DNA of 64,000 nucleotides from the human T2T-CHM13v2.0 reference genome, Homo sapiens: NCBI GenBank assembly GCA_009914755.4, contig CP086569.2, positions 15,872,001 to 15,936,000 of the forward strand, read 5' to 3'. Shown piece by piece: positions 51,511 to 64,000 of this stretch (position 1 is its first letter; each line of letters starts with the position of its first letter). The notes under the pieces were generated by a model. It saw only the letters and a program-made list of their open reading frames with translations, ran no database searches and was not told where the DNA came from. The position numbers and the translations under genes were made by a program.

Positions 51511-51595
51511 ACGAAAAATCTTTTTATAAGGCTTGTATTCATTATCCTAATATCAATATCAAAGACAATGCAAACGAAATAAAATGTAAGATTGT

Positions 51596-51950
51596 AGCCA
51601 TGCACAGTGGCTCATGCTTGTAATCTCAGCACTTTGGGAGGTTGCGGCAGGAGATTGCTTGAGGCCAGGAATTTGAGACCAGCCTTTCTTCTTGCATTGC
51701 AAAGATTCTTGCATTGCTGTTCAGTAGTGCATGGTGAAATCACATCTCTACCAAAATTAGCTGGATGGTGGTGGCATGTGTTGTCATCCCAGCTACTACT
51801 CCAGAAGCTGAGTTGCGGGGATGGTTGGAGCCTGGGATGTGGAGGTTGTCATGAGTCAAGATGGCACCACTATACTCCAGCCTGGGTGACACAGTGAAAA
51901 TATGACTTAAAAATAAACAAATAACATAAAATAATGCAAAAAAAGAAAGT
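51596..51950 (+). mobile_element. Alu SINE (sense) with an atypical replaced middle segment and a long degenerate A-rich tail
   Basis: agccatgcacagtggctcatgcttgtaatctcagcactttgggaggttgcggcaggagattgcttgaggccaggaatttgagaccagcc then a non-Alu piece (tttcttcttgcattgcaaagattcttgcattgctgttcagtagtgcatggtgaaatcacatctctacc), then aaaattagctggatggtggtggcatgtg..cagcctgggtgacacagtgaaaatatgacttaaaaataaacaaataacataaaataatgcaaaaaaag. Confidence 0.85.
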
Positions 51951-53080
51951 AAGTATGAAATTACAGATCAATATGTCTCTTGAAATAAGACACAAATCTC
52001 CTCAACAAAATGGTAACATAAGAATGGTTTGGACATTATGACTTTGGAGTAATCATTTTAAAATTAAAATCTCTAAAAGCCATACTATCTTCCTGCTGTG
52101 AGGGTGGCTAGCCAATCAATGAAGATTCAGGCCTTCAGCCCATTACAATGAACACATACAACAGGAAGGAGAGATGAATCTTTATATTTTCATTTACCAG
52201 ACTTTGAGGATACTTGTTATCATGGAAAGACAAATTCACTCTGACTGATAGCCTCTAATTGGGAATGTTTGGGGATGTTGAATTATAGTTAGCTAATGAA
52301 TTTTTGTATGATTTTATTTTATTTTAAGATTCCTGCATTACTGTTCAGTAGTGCAAACAGGTAGTCATTTTCTTTTCAGTGTGCTCTTTTCTGGTCACTT
52401 TTGGTGTGCCATAAGGTCTCACTGGAAGGGCTATCACTGGAGTCATTTCTTACATCATCTGGCAAATAGACTTCAATCTCTGAGATGCAAGAGCAAAGAG
52501 ATATTGTCAGTTTCTGTCTTGCAGCTTTTTTTCTGTGATTGCCATTTTCTATTTTTCTTATTAATTTCTAGCATACTAAATTGTGAATAGAAATTATGCA
52601 CCTTTCCTAACCTTTCAAAATTACATAAGGTACTTAAATCCATAGAATAATATATTTTTAAATATTTTAAAAGCTTTCTGTATATTTATTTTTGCTATGG
52701 AGACAGTAGATTAAAACAATACGTGAAGTAATCTCTTCCCATCCTTTGTTCTTTCTTGAAAAACTTTGTTGTTTCACTTTTCAGTAAAATTCTTTTTAAA
52801 AGTCTTAATTTTTACAGATGATTTGGTTAGTCAAATTTGAAAAATAATGTGGTCTTGGGAATAATTGGACTAAAACCACCAAAATATTTCTTATTGAATA
52901 AAGTACATACCTACTTAGAAAAAATATTTGACTCAAAGACAATACAGACATGCTGAGGGAATGATTATTAAAGAAATTTTAAAATAAAATGACAAATCTA
53001 GGGAATAAAAAGAAAGAGGTGTTCATCCGGTATTTGATTTACTGACTAAATTTGAGAATCTCTCCCTTTCCTTTTCTACT

Positions 53081-53372
53081 TTTTTTTTTTTTTTTTTTTT
53101 GAGACAGAATCTCACTCTGTTGCCAGGCTGGAGTTCAGTGGTGTACTCTCAGCTCACTGCAACAGCCACCTCCCACGTTCAAGCAGTTCTCTTGCCTCAG
53201 CTGAGTAGCTGGGATTACAAGTGACTGCTACCAAGCCCGGCTAATTTTTGCATTTTAAGCAGAGATGGGATTTTACCATGTTGGCCAGGCTGGTCCGGAA
53301 CTCCTGACCCCAGGTGATCCATCCACCTCAGCCTGCCAAAGTGCTGGGATTACAGGTGTGGGCCACCGTGTA
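53081..53372 (-). mobile_element. Alu SINE (antisense, full length)
   Basis: Poly-T then gagacagaatctcactctgttgccaggctggagttcagtggtgtactctcagctcactgcaacagccacctcccacgttcaagcagttctcttgcctcagctgagtagctgggattacaagtgactgctaccaagcccggctaatttttgcattttaagcagagatgggattttaccatgttggccaggctggtccggaactcctgaccccaggtgatccatccacctcagcctgccaaagtgctgggattacaggtgtgggccaccgtg. Confidence 0.95.
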
Positions 53373-54039
53373 TGGCTTCTACTATTTTTCTTTATTCAAT
53401 GATCAACCACAAACACACGGATGCATCAAAATACATGAAGCAGATTTGAATGATCGAGTGAACATTTTCTGCTATTATTGATAATGTGTTGTCTTATAAT
53501 GAGAAATTTCTATAGCAGTTTAAAACTAAGTAAAAACTTACACAATACCAAATTAACTAGTTAGAAAACAGCTGGGTGGAGAGCTTTGCCTAACACTTTA
53601 ATGTAATTATGAATCTTTCTATCCACATTGATATGAATGAGAATTTAGCCTTGGTGTGATATAAAGACTGCTTTAACATATTTCAATTTACCCTTCTTTA
53701 GTACCTGTCATATCTCTCCAATCTGAATTGAAAATTAAATTTACTAATCTGAACTTTGTGCTAATATTTAAAAATCCTGCTTTTATTAAATGTCAGCTAT
53801 TAGTCATCCATGAAATTATATTTTTTTAATTCCTTTATGGAAGATGAGTTACTGGAGCAAGAAACTAATCAACATTATAAATTCAGATAATCTTGGTTGG
53901 GGAAAGACTGTGAATACACTTTACTGTAAGAAAGCTCCTTATTGCTGCACAGTTTTGTTTATACATGTGTGTGTGAAGGTAATAATGAGTATTTTCAAGT
54001 AGAACCAAATAAGGAAAAATGAGGTTTATATATTTTGTC

Positions 54040-54125
54040 TCAATTTCTCTCTCTCTCTCGCTCTCTGTTTGTGTATGTGTATGTGAGGGAGAGAGAGACA
54101 GAGAAGGACAGGGAAAGAGACAGAA
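54040..54125. repeat. Compound dinucleotide microsatellite (TC)n-(TG)n-(GA)n
   Basis: ctcaatttctctctctctctcgctctctgtttgtgtatgtgtatgtgagggagagagagacagagaaggacagggaaagagacagaagg. Confidence 0.95.
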
Positions 54126-56430
54126 GGAGTCTGTTTTTGTCTCCACTAAATACATAGAAAATGTATGCAAATTGTCATTTGCATACATTGCAATGACATG
54201 TTTTAAATCCTATGAAATATGCATTTAATTAAAAAATGAGAATGATGTGAGTCATCAAATTTTTCCAGTTAATTTTATGAGTGAATTACTCATTACATTT
54301 TAAAAAAGTCATTAAAATAATCTGTGAAAGTGAAAATTTAAAACAAGGCGTTCAGTTTTGCATTTGTTTTCTTGTTAGATATTATGATGAATATATGAAT
54401 CACAGGATGGTTGCCATGAGAAACTGTCTTTTATGAGTAAGAAAACACATATCCTGTTAATTAGAAAGACATTCTATCACATCATTGTAGGAGGAAATCC
54501 AAATAACTTGGTAAGAATCAAAGCTTAAGCAACAGGTGTTATAGGACCAATAGGTTAATGTGCCCGCTGTACAGTACCTGCTCAGTTACACTGAGACAGC
54601 AGGGTTTGCAGCAGAGAAAATTTTGTGATTGCAGTGCACTGAGCAAGGAGATGGGAGAGTTCTAGGATGGGGTTTTTAAGGAGATCATGGAGCATAAGGG
54701 ACTGGAACTTTGGGTTCAGTGATTGGTTGGGGTAATGAGGAGGAAGTCATCAGGATATAGAAACTGCATTCTTTGGAGAGTCAGATCCTCGTGGGATCCT
54801 TCAGACAAGCTGAGGCAGTAGTTTGATTGATATGCAGGAACTGAAAGAAGATCTCAAACGGAAAGCGTAATGTTTCATAATGTCCCTTTGGTTATCTGTA
54901 GAGCAGTTAAGGGGGACTATAACCTTGTGACAGGGTCTGTGTGTTTCTGGGGCAATAGACACTGTACCAGTATGAGGAAGGAGGTCAGAGAGGAAGCTGC
55001 AAGCTTGGTTTATTTTTCAGGGATGGTCTCACAGGCTTAGAATTCAATCAGCCATGTAGAGCATAACATGTAAATTTCAAATAACCTTTTATTTTTCTAG
55101 CAAACTGTGGGATATGAGTCAAATTGCCTGTTTAGGAATGCCAGATTTCTTATCATGCTGTGTGCTTCAAAATGATAAGAAAAGATAATTAATTGGTATT
55201 GATTACTCCTTGTCCCATAAATACAAGTACTGAGGGATGGTTGCTGTCATTACATTTACATAGTGAGATTCCCATTAGTTGTTTCCATTATACTAACCAC
55301 TATGGCTGAAATGATTAACTCATAGCCTCAATATTTCCAGTTATCATACTTTTCTACTAATCATCTCTTTAATTAACCAGATAGTAACGGTCACATTACA
55401 TAAAACATATGACTTACTCTTCCGTATTATGACATATCAGCCAGTAAGAGGTGTACATTTATTATCCATCCTGTATCACACATTTAATTATAAACATGTG
55501 CTTTTTGTCATCCCTGATGAGTATTGGCTAGTAACTCATGATGATTTTTTATCATATTTAAGCAGTGTTAAATGTGTACAATGTTAGGATATTCAAGGGC
55601 TCAAATAATTTTTGAATAATTTTTCGATTGCTATTGAATTCTGCTATTGGCAGACATCATTTATATCAATATCTTCTTTCAGATATTTTAGTTACATGTT
55701 TAAAAGCTGTACTGGAATATCAGCATAGAAAAATTCTCCACATAAGAGAGCAATTCAGGTTCTATGAGATGTTATATTTAAAAATATATCTTTATTCTAT
55801 GCAGGATTTCATAATGCATGTATTGTAGATTTCTTATAGCCTAGCAATAATGATATTTAAGAGAAGTCACAGAAAGAGTCATGTTAAGGGCAAAAGCCAC
55901 AACAAAACAGATTATACCTAGTAATAAAACTAAAGCTATGATTGTATATGTGCTAACAAAAGATGCCTCTTCTATGGCTGAATCACTTTTGAAAGTATAT
56001 GCTTTTCTTTACTTAAAACATATGCACACTTTTAAGAAAACATCTTTGACTGTGTATTCACCTATTTAAGTGTCATGTTTTTATTATTATAGACTGAAAA
56101 TATCTAAGTGAAATGCTCTGGATTAATCGCACACATTTTAGTTGGATAAATTAATTTCTGTTACCTATAAACTACTTCCACATTTTACTTTTTAACACCT
56201 ACTTTAACCTTTACAACCACATTAGCCTCTGCATTATTACCATTGGTGCACACCTGGATAAGACTCCAGAATCTGTAAATTAATTTCTGGAATATGTAAA
56301 ATAGCATTCACATGTTCATTTTCTCTTGCCATCAGATCTTTTAAGTTGCTACAATGTTTAATATTGATTTGCCTTTTTCAAACCTAAGAAAAGATTTTAG
56401 ATGTTGGCAATAACATTGCTTTGTAATGTC

Positions 56431-56726
56431 TTCTTTTCTGAGACAGGGTCTTACTCTATCACCCAGGCTGGAGTGCAATGTCACGATCATGGCTCTTTGC
56501 AGCCTTGAACTCCAGGGCTCCAATTGATACTCCCACTTAAGCCTGCCGAGTAGCTGGGACTACAGGCATGTGCCACCATGTCTCTCTAATTTTTATTTTT
56601 ATTCTTTATACAGATGAGGTCTCACTTTGTTGCCAAGGCTGGTCTTGATCTCTTGGCGTCAAATGAAGCTGCTGCTTCAGCCTCCCAAAATACTGGGATT
56701 ACAGCATAAGCCACCACACCTGGCCT
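56431..56726 (-). mobile_element. Alu SINE (antisense)
   Basis: ttcttttctgagacagggtcttactctatcacccaggctggagtgcaatgtcacgatcatggctctttgcagccttgaactccagggctcc..gcctgccgagtagctgggactacaggcatgtgccaccatgtctctctaatttttatttttattctttatacagatgaggtctcactttgttgccaaggctggtcttgatctcttggcgtcaaatgaagctgctgcttcagcctcccaaaatactgggattacagcataagccaccacacctggcc. Confidence 0.93.
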
Positions 56727-59607
56727 TTGCTTTGTATTTTTAATATGTTCCATGTCTGAGTTGACTTTGTGGGGGTTCTTCAATATGCTATCAGTACTGA
56801 ACCTTTGTGGGTCAAAAACTGTTTTAAAATGTAGGTTTTATTATTACTGAGATATGGCAAGTCCAAGAGATCAAGAGATAACTGCTATAAACAGTTTGTG
56901 CTCACAGTTCCTATGGGTTGAAGGCTTGCCACACCATGGAGGGCCACATAGGAGAGCACCACCAGCATTGATCAGGAGTCAGGATGGGTGTGGTCAAAAA
57001 AGGTATGGCATGGTAAGAATTTTGAATTGCATTTTTCACATAAATGAATGGGTGAGGCAAGGTAAGCAGGTTTAGGATTGGCTGGTTTGAATAACTTCAG
57101 TAGAATCCAGTGTGAAGGGGCTTCCCCTAGATGTCTCATACCTGGTCCTGGGATGATGAGGACAGTGAAATAGAAATGTGGAGTATGAGAGACCAGTAAA
57201 GGAGGTGGTTAGGGTGTGGCCTCTGGACTGGTTGGTTTGCATATAAAAGGCAAACATGCACTTGGTTCTTTACGATGTTTAGGAACTGGCTAATTCTAGG
57301 AGGTATAGCTCCCTCAAGGTCAGCAAAACTCCAAAATGTCAAAGTGTTAGAATTAAATTCATGCTTAAAACAAAAACATCTGCCCTAAACATCTTTCCAC
57401 AGTGTATTCCTTTTAAGATCATTTCCATTTGCTTCTTGGGTTGTATTTAAGACTGTAGTTATACAGATACCTATTATTTCTTTAATAGTCCATGTTTTCT
57501 CAGCAGGAGGAATCTCTTTCCACCTTTTATTTCCTCAGTCCACTTCTGATCTGGCAGCAACCAAAGTGAACAACTTCAAGTGATCTCTGACTCATCTTTA
57601 ATCCATGGCATTATACTTCAAGAAAACACTGGGAATCTTTCTGCATTCTGGCCCAAGTTCTTCCATTCCATGTGAGCTCATGGGGTCTTTGAAAACAGCT
57701 GAGAAGTTGAAGAGAGAGAGTCACAATCCCTTAGGATAAGTGCCCATACACGGTGGGCAAGATTCAATTTTCTTATGATATCCCACATCTCTCAGAAGCA
57801 GCTGGCATCATCACAAAAATAAAATGTGTCCACTACAGCATCAGTTAATATGTTTGCCCTAGGATAAAATCCTGCAGGGATGGGACACCAACTTTCAAGA
57901 CACATTTTATGCAGCTAAACAACGACCTGTATATGATGCTCTGTCATCAATAACTAGTGGTACACAGGTATCCAGGAACTAATGTGTGATAGTAGGTGTG
58001 TCCTCTTTTCTCACAATTTTGAGTTACCCTTTTGCAGAACTTGGGGCTTCCTTGTATGCAACTGGCCCGTCTGCAACATGGCAGTCCTGGTTCCAAGGCA
58101 TCAAGATACAGCCAAGGGTTGCTCTCAATCTGAATGTACTCTTATCACTTATCACCTTAGGCTCTTCATGGCAGTGGGCCAGAAGCAAATAAATGAGATA
58201 TTATATTGATAGAAGTTTATCCTTAAGTGTTAGAAATGATGGATTATAATGGGGCAAGGAAGAGCATGTCTGGAACTTGGGACATTTACTAGGCTGTGGT
58301 CCAATAAAGCAAGGCAATGAAAGGGACATGCCTTGTCTCAGATGAGACTATAGACTTTGAGCATTTGAGTTAATGCTGGAGTGGGCAAGTTTGGGGGACT
58401 ATTTGGAAGACCTCATTGTATTTTGCAATGTGAGAAGAACATGAGATTTGTGAGAGGTCAGGGTAAAATGATATAGTTTGGTTATTTGTCTCTGCCAAAT
58501 CTCATGTTCAATTGTAATCCACAATGTTGGAGGTGAGGCCTGGTGGGAGGGGTTTGTGTCACAGGGGGTGGATCTCTCATGGCTTGGTGCTATCTTTGCA
58601 ATAGTTCATGTATTCGCATGATATCTGGTCAGTTAGAAGTTTGTGGCACCTCACCCTTGATCTCTTTCTTGTTCTATTCTTGCCATGTGCCGTGTCTGCT
58701 CCCTTCTGCCTTCTGTCATGATTAGAAGCTTCCTGAGGCCTTTCCAGAAGCAGATGCTGCTCTGCTTCCTGTACAGCCTGCACAACCCTGAGCCAATTAA
58801 ACCTCATTCATTATAAATTGCCCAGTCTCAGATATTTGTTTATAGCAGTGCAAGAATGGCCTAAAACACTGATATTTCTGTGGAAGAGCTGTGAAGATGT
58901 ATATCACTATTGTTTCCAATCCAAATACCAACTTAGATATATTTATTTCTCTATTAAACAAAAATAATTATTGCCTTCTATCCACTATTTGTGTAGATAT
59001 CTGACAGTATCTTCTGATATTTAAGGCTCATAATATATAGAATAGCAGCTTATAACATGATTGTGTAAAATTAAACTTTCCAAGCTATAAAACTACTCAC
59101 CAGTCATTTAGGGAGAAGTGGCCTTTTCATTTCATTTATGTAATTATTTATTTATTTATTTATTATTGCCTTGGCAGAAACAAAATATCCTTTTTTTATT
59201 TCTTTTGTAGGAACGAAACTGCCATCATCTTTGGAATTTGCATGTTCTTGCTCCTTGAGGCTATTTTTGGATTTTATACCCCACAAATTCAAAGACTTAT
59301 TATCTTATGAAAAGTGAAACCAAAAGGAAAACATATTGATTTTCAAAAGGTGTGAATGTAATTTCTCTCTGGCTTCTCTTCTTTGTTTAATGCTTTTGTA
59401 TTTGAATGGTAGAATGTATACTTTTAGTGTGGAGGATGCTTGTTTAATGATATTTACACATGTGAAATGCCTGCCACCGTATTGATGTATTTTATTAAAA
59501 CAAGAGCTCTATTAGAGAATATAAATTTTTCTCTAAAATTTAGACTGGTACATAGAGGAAATATTAAAATGCAAATTTCAGTTTGGTATTTTGTTCCTAT
59601 TTACCTT

Positions 59608-59867
59608 TTCTTTTTTTTTTTTTTTTTTGAGATGGAGTCTCGCACTGTTGCCCAAGCTGCAGTGCAGTGGCATGATTTCCACTAACTGCAACCTCCGCTT
59701 CCCAGGTTCGAGAGATTCTCCTACCTCCCAGCTAATTTTTTGTATTTTTAGTAGTGACAGGGTTTCAATACATTGGCCAGACTGGTCTTGAACTCCTGAC
59801 CTCTTGATCCACCAACCTCAGCCTCCCTAAGTACTGGGATTACAGATGTGAGCCACCACACCTGGCC
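59608..59867 (-). mobile_element. Alu SINE (antisense)
   Basis: Poly-T then gagatggagtctcgcactgttgcccaagctgcagtgcagtggcatgatttccactaactgcaacctccgcttcccaggttcgagagattctcctacctcccagctaattttttgtatttttagtagtgacagggtttcaatacattggccagactggtcttgaactcctgacctcttgatccaccaacctcagcctccctaagtactgggattacagatgtgagccaccacacctggcc. Confidence 0.93.
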
Positions 59868-62800
59868 CCCATTTAGTTTGTTTTTAAAAACCTCTGAAGA
59901 CTTTCAAAGACCCTTCTGAATTGGTTAGGATAAACCATAATAAATAAATCTAATTTCAGATTCTAGACCTCTTTTCCCTATTAAGTTACTGATTTCAGGA
60001 AAACTACCCTGATTTTTCTCCTCCAGCATTGATAACTCTTCTATTGCTTCCTCATTTTCATTGTTTACTTCCAACCTCCCATTTCCTGACCCAATATTCA
60101 AAAAATAAAATGACATAGCTCTGATTTTTTTACAATGCTTATTACAAACATCGTAGACATTAAAAGTAGAAATATTCATGGTTTTGTCATTGGATTCACT
60201 TGGGATCAGTGTTCTAAATGTTGTTTTCTTCACTTTGTATCAAATCCAACTTCAATTTCTATGGGAAGACTTGCTTTATCACTCATATAGCATTTCCCTT
60301 CTCTCTTGCTGCATCTTATCTTTATCCCAGGACTAAACATGGAATATGATTTACTGAAAAAGTTCACAAATTCAGAAGTTATCATAGAGAAACAGGTAAG
60401 GGTTTGAGAATAGGGTATGTGTTTTTATTACAATAGAATTGGCTCACCCTTCAATGGCTATTGGTTGTGTTAATGCTGGAGGGGTTACCGAATCAGAATG
60501 CTTAAAAACGCTAAATATGGAAGGCTAGTAGACTGTAACTGAGAGCTGGCATTGTATCATGGGGTGGGATGGTGAGGGGATGCTTGACAACCAAATGTTG
60601 TTGGAATAGTCAAACTTTCATTACTGGAATTGTGCTGCTTAAGAACAGGGAAACAAAACCATTCCTCCAATGCATGAAGAAAAACATCTAACTTATTGAA
60701 TTTATATTTTTCAGAAGCAGAGAGAAATGTTCCTAGTGTTATGAGCCCTCTTCAGGTTGCTTTGTGTTTGTGCTGTCTCACCATTTTCTGATCAACATTA
60801 ATCGATATATGCCTTTTGTGTATTTTCTCAAATCTTGAAAGAAAAATTCAAGTCTCCAACATTTCTTTCTTTGTAGCTTTTCTCATTCCTTAAATGAATA
60901 AATGTGCATCTTGATCTTAGTCAAGTCCTAATGGATTGTGTATTTTCTACAAAGCGGAATTTTAAACATGCCATCCTCATAAATGCTGAAGGGTAAAATT
61001 AAAATTTCTGCTGTATCGAACATAGACCTTTTAACGTCCCCAAAAATGTAAATATCACTCTTGGGCTAAATTAATAAGCTATTTAAATCCCTGCAGAAAC
61101 TTATTTCTGTATATTCAATATCAAAAGCACAAAATTGCAGTTTTGGGCTGAAGAGGCTAACACAAATGACATAGCAGGTGCCTGTGTTCTGTGTGGGGAA
61201 TTCTAGATCTCAAATTAACTTTGTATATCAAGGAAGAGCCAAAAAGGAAAAGAAATGTAATTAAAAGGAACCAATGTAATTTTAAATATTTTAGTAGAAA
61301 AAATTTAAAGTTAACCTCATGAAGACATTTTGCCATCACTGGAGAGAAGATGATGTTTCTTTTTGTTTGTTTGTTTGTTGTCTGCATTGGATTCCTGAAT
61401 TTTTCTGCCATCCTACCAAGAAGAGTGCAACTTTCTATGTTCTTGCTATTTGCAAAAATTTCAAGTCTTAGTGTCTTCATGTTTCTCTCTTTCTTGCTAT
61501 TGCTAAAGCTTTAAAATCATTGTCTATGTTGCAAGTTGAATTGTGTCACCCAAAAAGGTTTGTTGATACCCTCCATCTTGAACAACTGTTGCTGTGACTT
61601 TATTTGGAAATCAGAATGCTTAAAAACATTAAATTTGAAAGACTAGTGAACTGTAGCTGAGAGCTGGCATTGTATCATGGGGTGGGATACTGAGGGAATG
61701 CTTAACTTCCCTATGTTGTTTCAATAGTCAAACTTTCATATCCAGAATCATGCTACTTAAAAAGAACAAGGAAACAAAACCATTCCTCCAATGAATGCTT
61801 GGAAATAGGATCTCTTTAAATAAGTAATTAAGATGAAAGTTAAGAGGAGGTCATGCTGGAGTGAACTTCAGCCTTAATCCACCATGACTGGTATCTTTGT
61901 TAACAGGAGAAGATAAAACTGACATTACAAAATTATAACTGCGAGAGTGAAAGACATCTGACTTAACCAGCTCCGTTTTGCTTGTAACTTCTAAACTCTC
62001 CTTGTGCATTCCTGGGTGTAGGCTGAAATAACTTTGGGAGGAATTTAGTTTATAGTTTAAGACAAAGAAGATAATAATCCTTTCCCAGAACAAACCTCCT
62101 ACTTTCCTGGGGATTAGACTACCTTTGAACAACTAACAAATTAGCCACAAGATTAGAAATTATGGCATAGGATTCATGCAGCTGGAGGCTACAAGATTCT
62201 GACCCTCCTTAATCTGCTCCTAAGATCAGTGATACAGATATTTTGTAGACCCTGCACTTGATGAATTAGCTAGAACCACCCAGATTGATAGACTGGCTCA
62301 TCTGCTCTTCTGTCCCCCACCCAGGAACAGACTCAGTGCAAGAGGACAGCTTCAGTTCCCTACTGTTTCATCTCTGACCCCACCAGTCAGCACTCTAAAC
62401 TTACTGGCCTTCCCCCACACACCAGATTATCCTTAAAAGCTCAGATCCCCAAATGCTCACAAAGACTGATTTGAGTAATAATAAAATTCCAGTCTCCCAC
62501 ACAGCTGGATCTGCATGAATTACTCTTTATTGCAAGTCCCCTGTCTTGAGAAACTTGTTCTAGCTAGGCAGTGGGCAAGGTGAACCAACTGAGTGGTTAC
62601 AAAGAGACACAAAGACAGACACACAATTAAAAGACTGTTATGTTAAAAGACAGACACACAGAGACAACATCATAAAAAGGCTAGAGAGAAGCAACTGTAA
62701 GCCAAGGAACACTAAAGACTGCAAGAATCCCAAGAAATCAGGAGCAGGGAATGGAATAGATTCTACCCATATTCTCAGAAAGAGTGAGTCCCTGCCAACA

Positions 62801-63189
62801 CCTGAAATTCAGACTTCTGGATTCCAGAACTGTGAGCGAATTCATGTCTGTTGTTCCCAGCTATCCACAGTCCCAGGAATCTAATTCAGTCATTATTTGT
62901 GTGTTTTTTCTCCCACATTTCTGTGTCATATGGTTGAATCTTTGTCAATTGTCATTTTTTGATTCATAATCTATCTGGCTACTTTTCTTTTATCCACTTC
63001 TGATTTGTTTTCCCTGTATCCTCCCTAACTGTCAAGACACTGAATCAATTGGGAAGAGGGAGAAGAGCATGAAGAACACTGTGGTTTTCTCCCCTCATGA
63101 TTCATTGCTGGAGAGGACATGGATCTATACCCTTCTTTCCTTCCTGTGGGGTAGTTGAGTGGATTCCACAGGAAAAAATATATACTTCC

Positions 63190-63511
<322 letters not shown>

Positions 63512-64000
63512 TAAAGCAACACTCAAAACCAATTTTCCTGTTCTTGTTAGCAACATTATGTCTCACTTTCCTATCCTATCTCCTCAGAATTGAGAAACAT
63601 ACTTCTCTATTTTATTATGGTCTTATACAAATTATGACCATGATTTTCATCTTAGAGAGCCTAAGAAATGCTTTTATTTTCATGTTTTGGAGACACCTAC
63701 AAACTTGATGGTGACATATGATGATTAAGATATTACATTTAGTTTTAGATACTATCATATCCACGTACTCTGAAATTTATAAAGAAAAGTTGCTTTTCAT
63801 TTCACCTAGTCTACTGAGAAAACAATATTCCTTTCTGTACCTAAGTCAATGAAGAGGTAAGTATAATATCTGCACCATATCCTCAACACTGTATTTGGTC
63901 TATATTTCAAATGAACTAGTTCATTTTCTTCCCAGGTCTAAGTGAGACAAACTTCTATACATTTTGAGACATTAACACAAATCCAGAAGTTTATCCCATT

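Noticed and set aside
51226..51950. Head-to-head antisense/sense Alu pair ~85 bp apart, considered as a potential long inverted-repeat (dsRNA/ADAR-editing) structure.
   Set aside because: Inverted Alu pairs at this spacing are extremely common in primate genomes and form editable dsRNA only if transcribed. Nothing in the sequence indicates transcription, so I note it only as context for the atypical + strand Alu reported above.

Overview
This 64-kb window is primate (almost certainly human) nuclear DNA, not bacterial, archaeal or phage DNA. It holds about 17 Alu SINEs, several LINE-1 copies with recognisable ORF1/ORF2 remnants, MaLR/ERVL and ERV1 (LTR12-type) LTR retroelements, and many microsatellites. 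I found no prokaryotic defence, secretion or metabolic system and no CRISPR array, tRNA or rRNA gene. Nearly every ORF in the six-frame track is either a chance ORF across low-complexity DNA or a decayed retroelement reading frame. Family names come from my memory of consensus sequences and should be confirmed with RepeatMasker/Dfam. Coordinates of repeat ends are approximate (±10-20 bp). Layout: (1) 1-5.6 kb is AT-rich unique DNA with an L1 3' stub and a (CA)n-(TA)n microsatellite. (2) 5.6-27.2 kb is a ~21-kb block that is almost entirely transposon-derived: a minus-strand L1PA fragment with a (GAAA)n-expanded tail, an Alu, a MaLR LTR, a near-full-length minus-strand HERV-L provirus with both LTRs (each carrying a large compound microsatellite), an old L1 fragment, and a plus-strand ERV1 provirus with LTR12-like LTRs and a complete but stop-riddled gag-pro-pol-env. 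A young Alu with a perfect 15-bp target-site duplication sits in the ERV1 leader. (3) 27-44.9 kb is unique sequence with Alus, a 250-bp polypurine tract, local duplications and an inverted-repeat structure. (4) 44.9-50.3 kb is a single L1 insertion with a 5' inversion (twin-priming architecture) bounded by an intact 11-bp target-site duplication. (5) 50.3-64 kb is unique sequence with seven Alus. I could not recognise any host exon with confidence. The most interesting items are structural: the two proviruses arranged head-to-head, microsatellites embedded in both HERV-L LTRs, a 5-versus-3 difference in LTR12 enhancer-repeat copy number, and the twin-primed L1.
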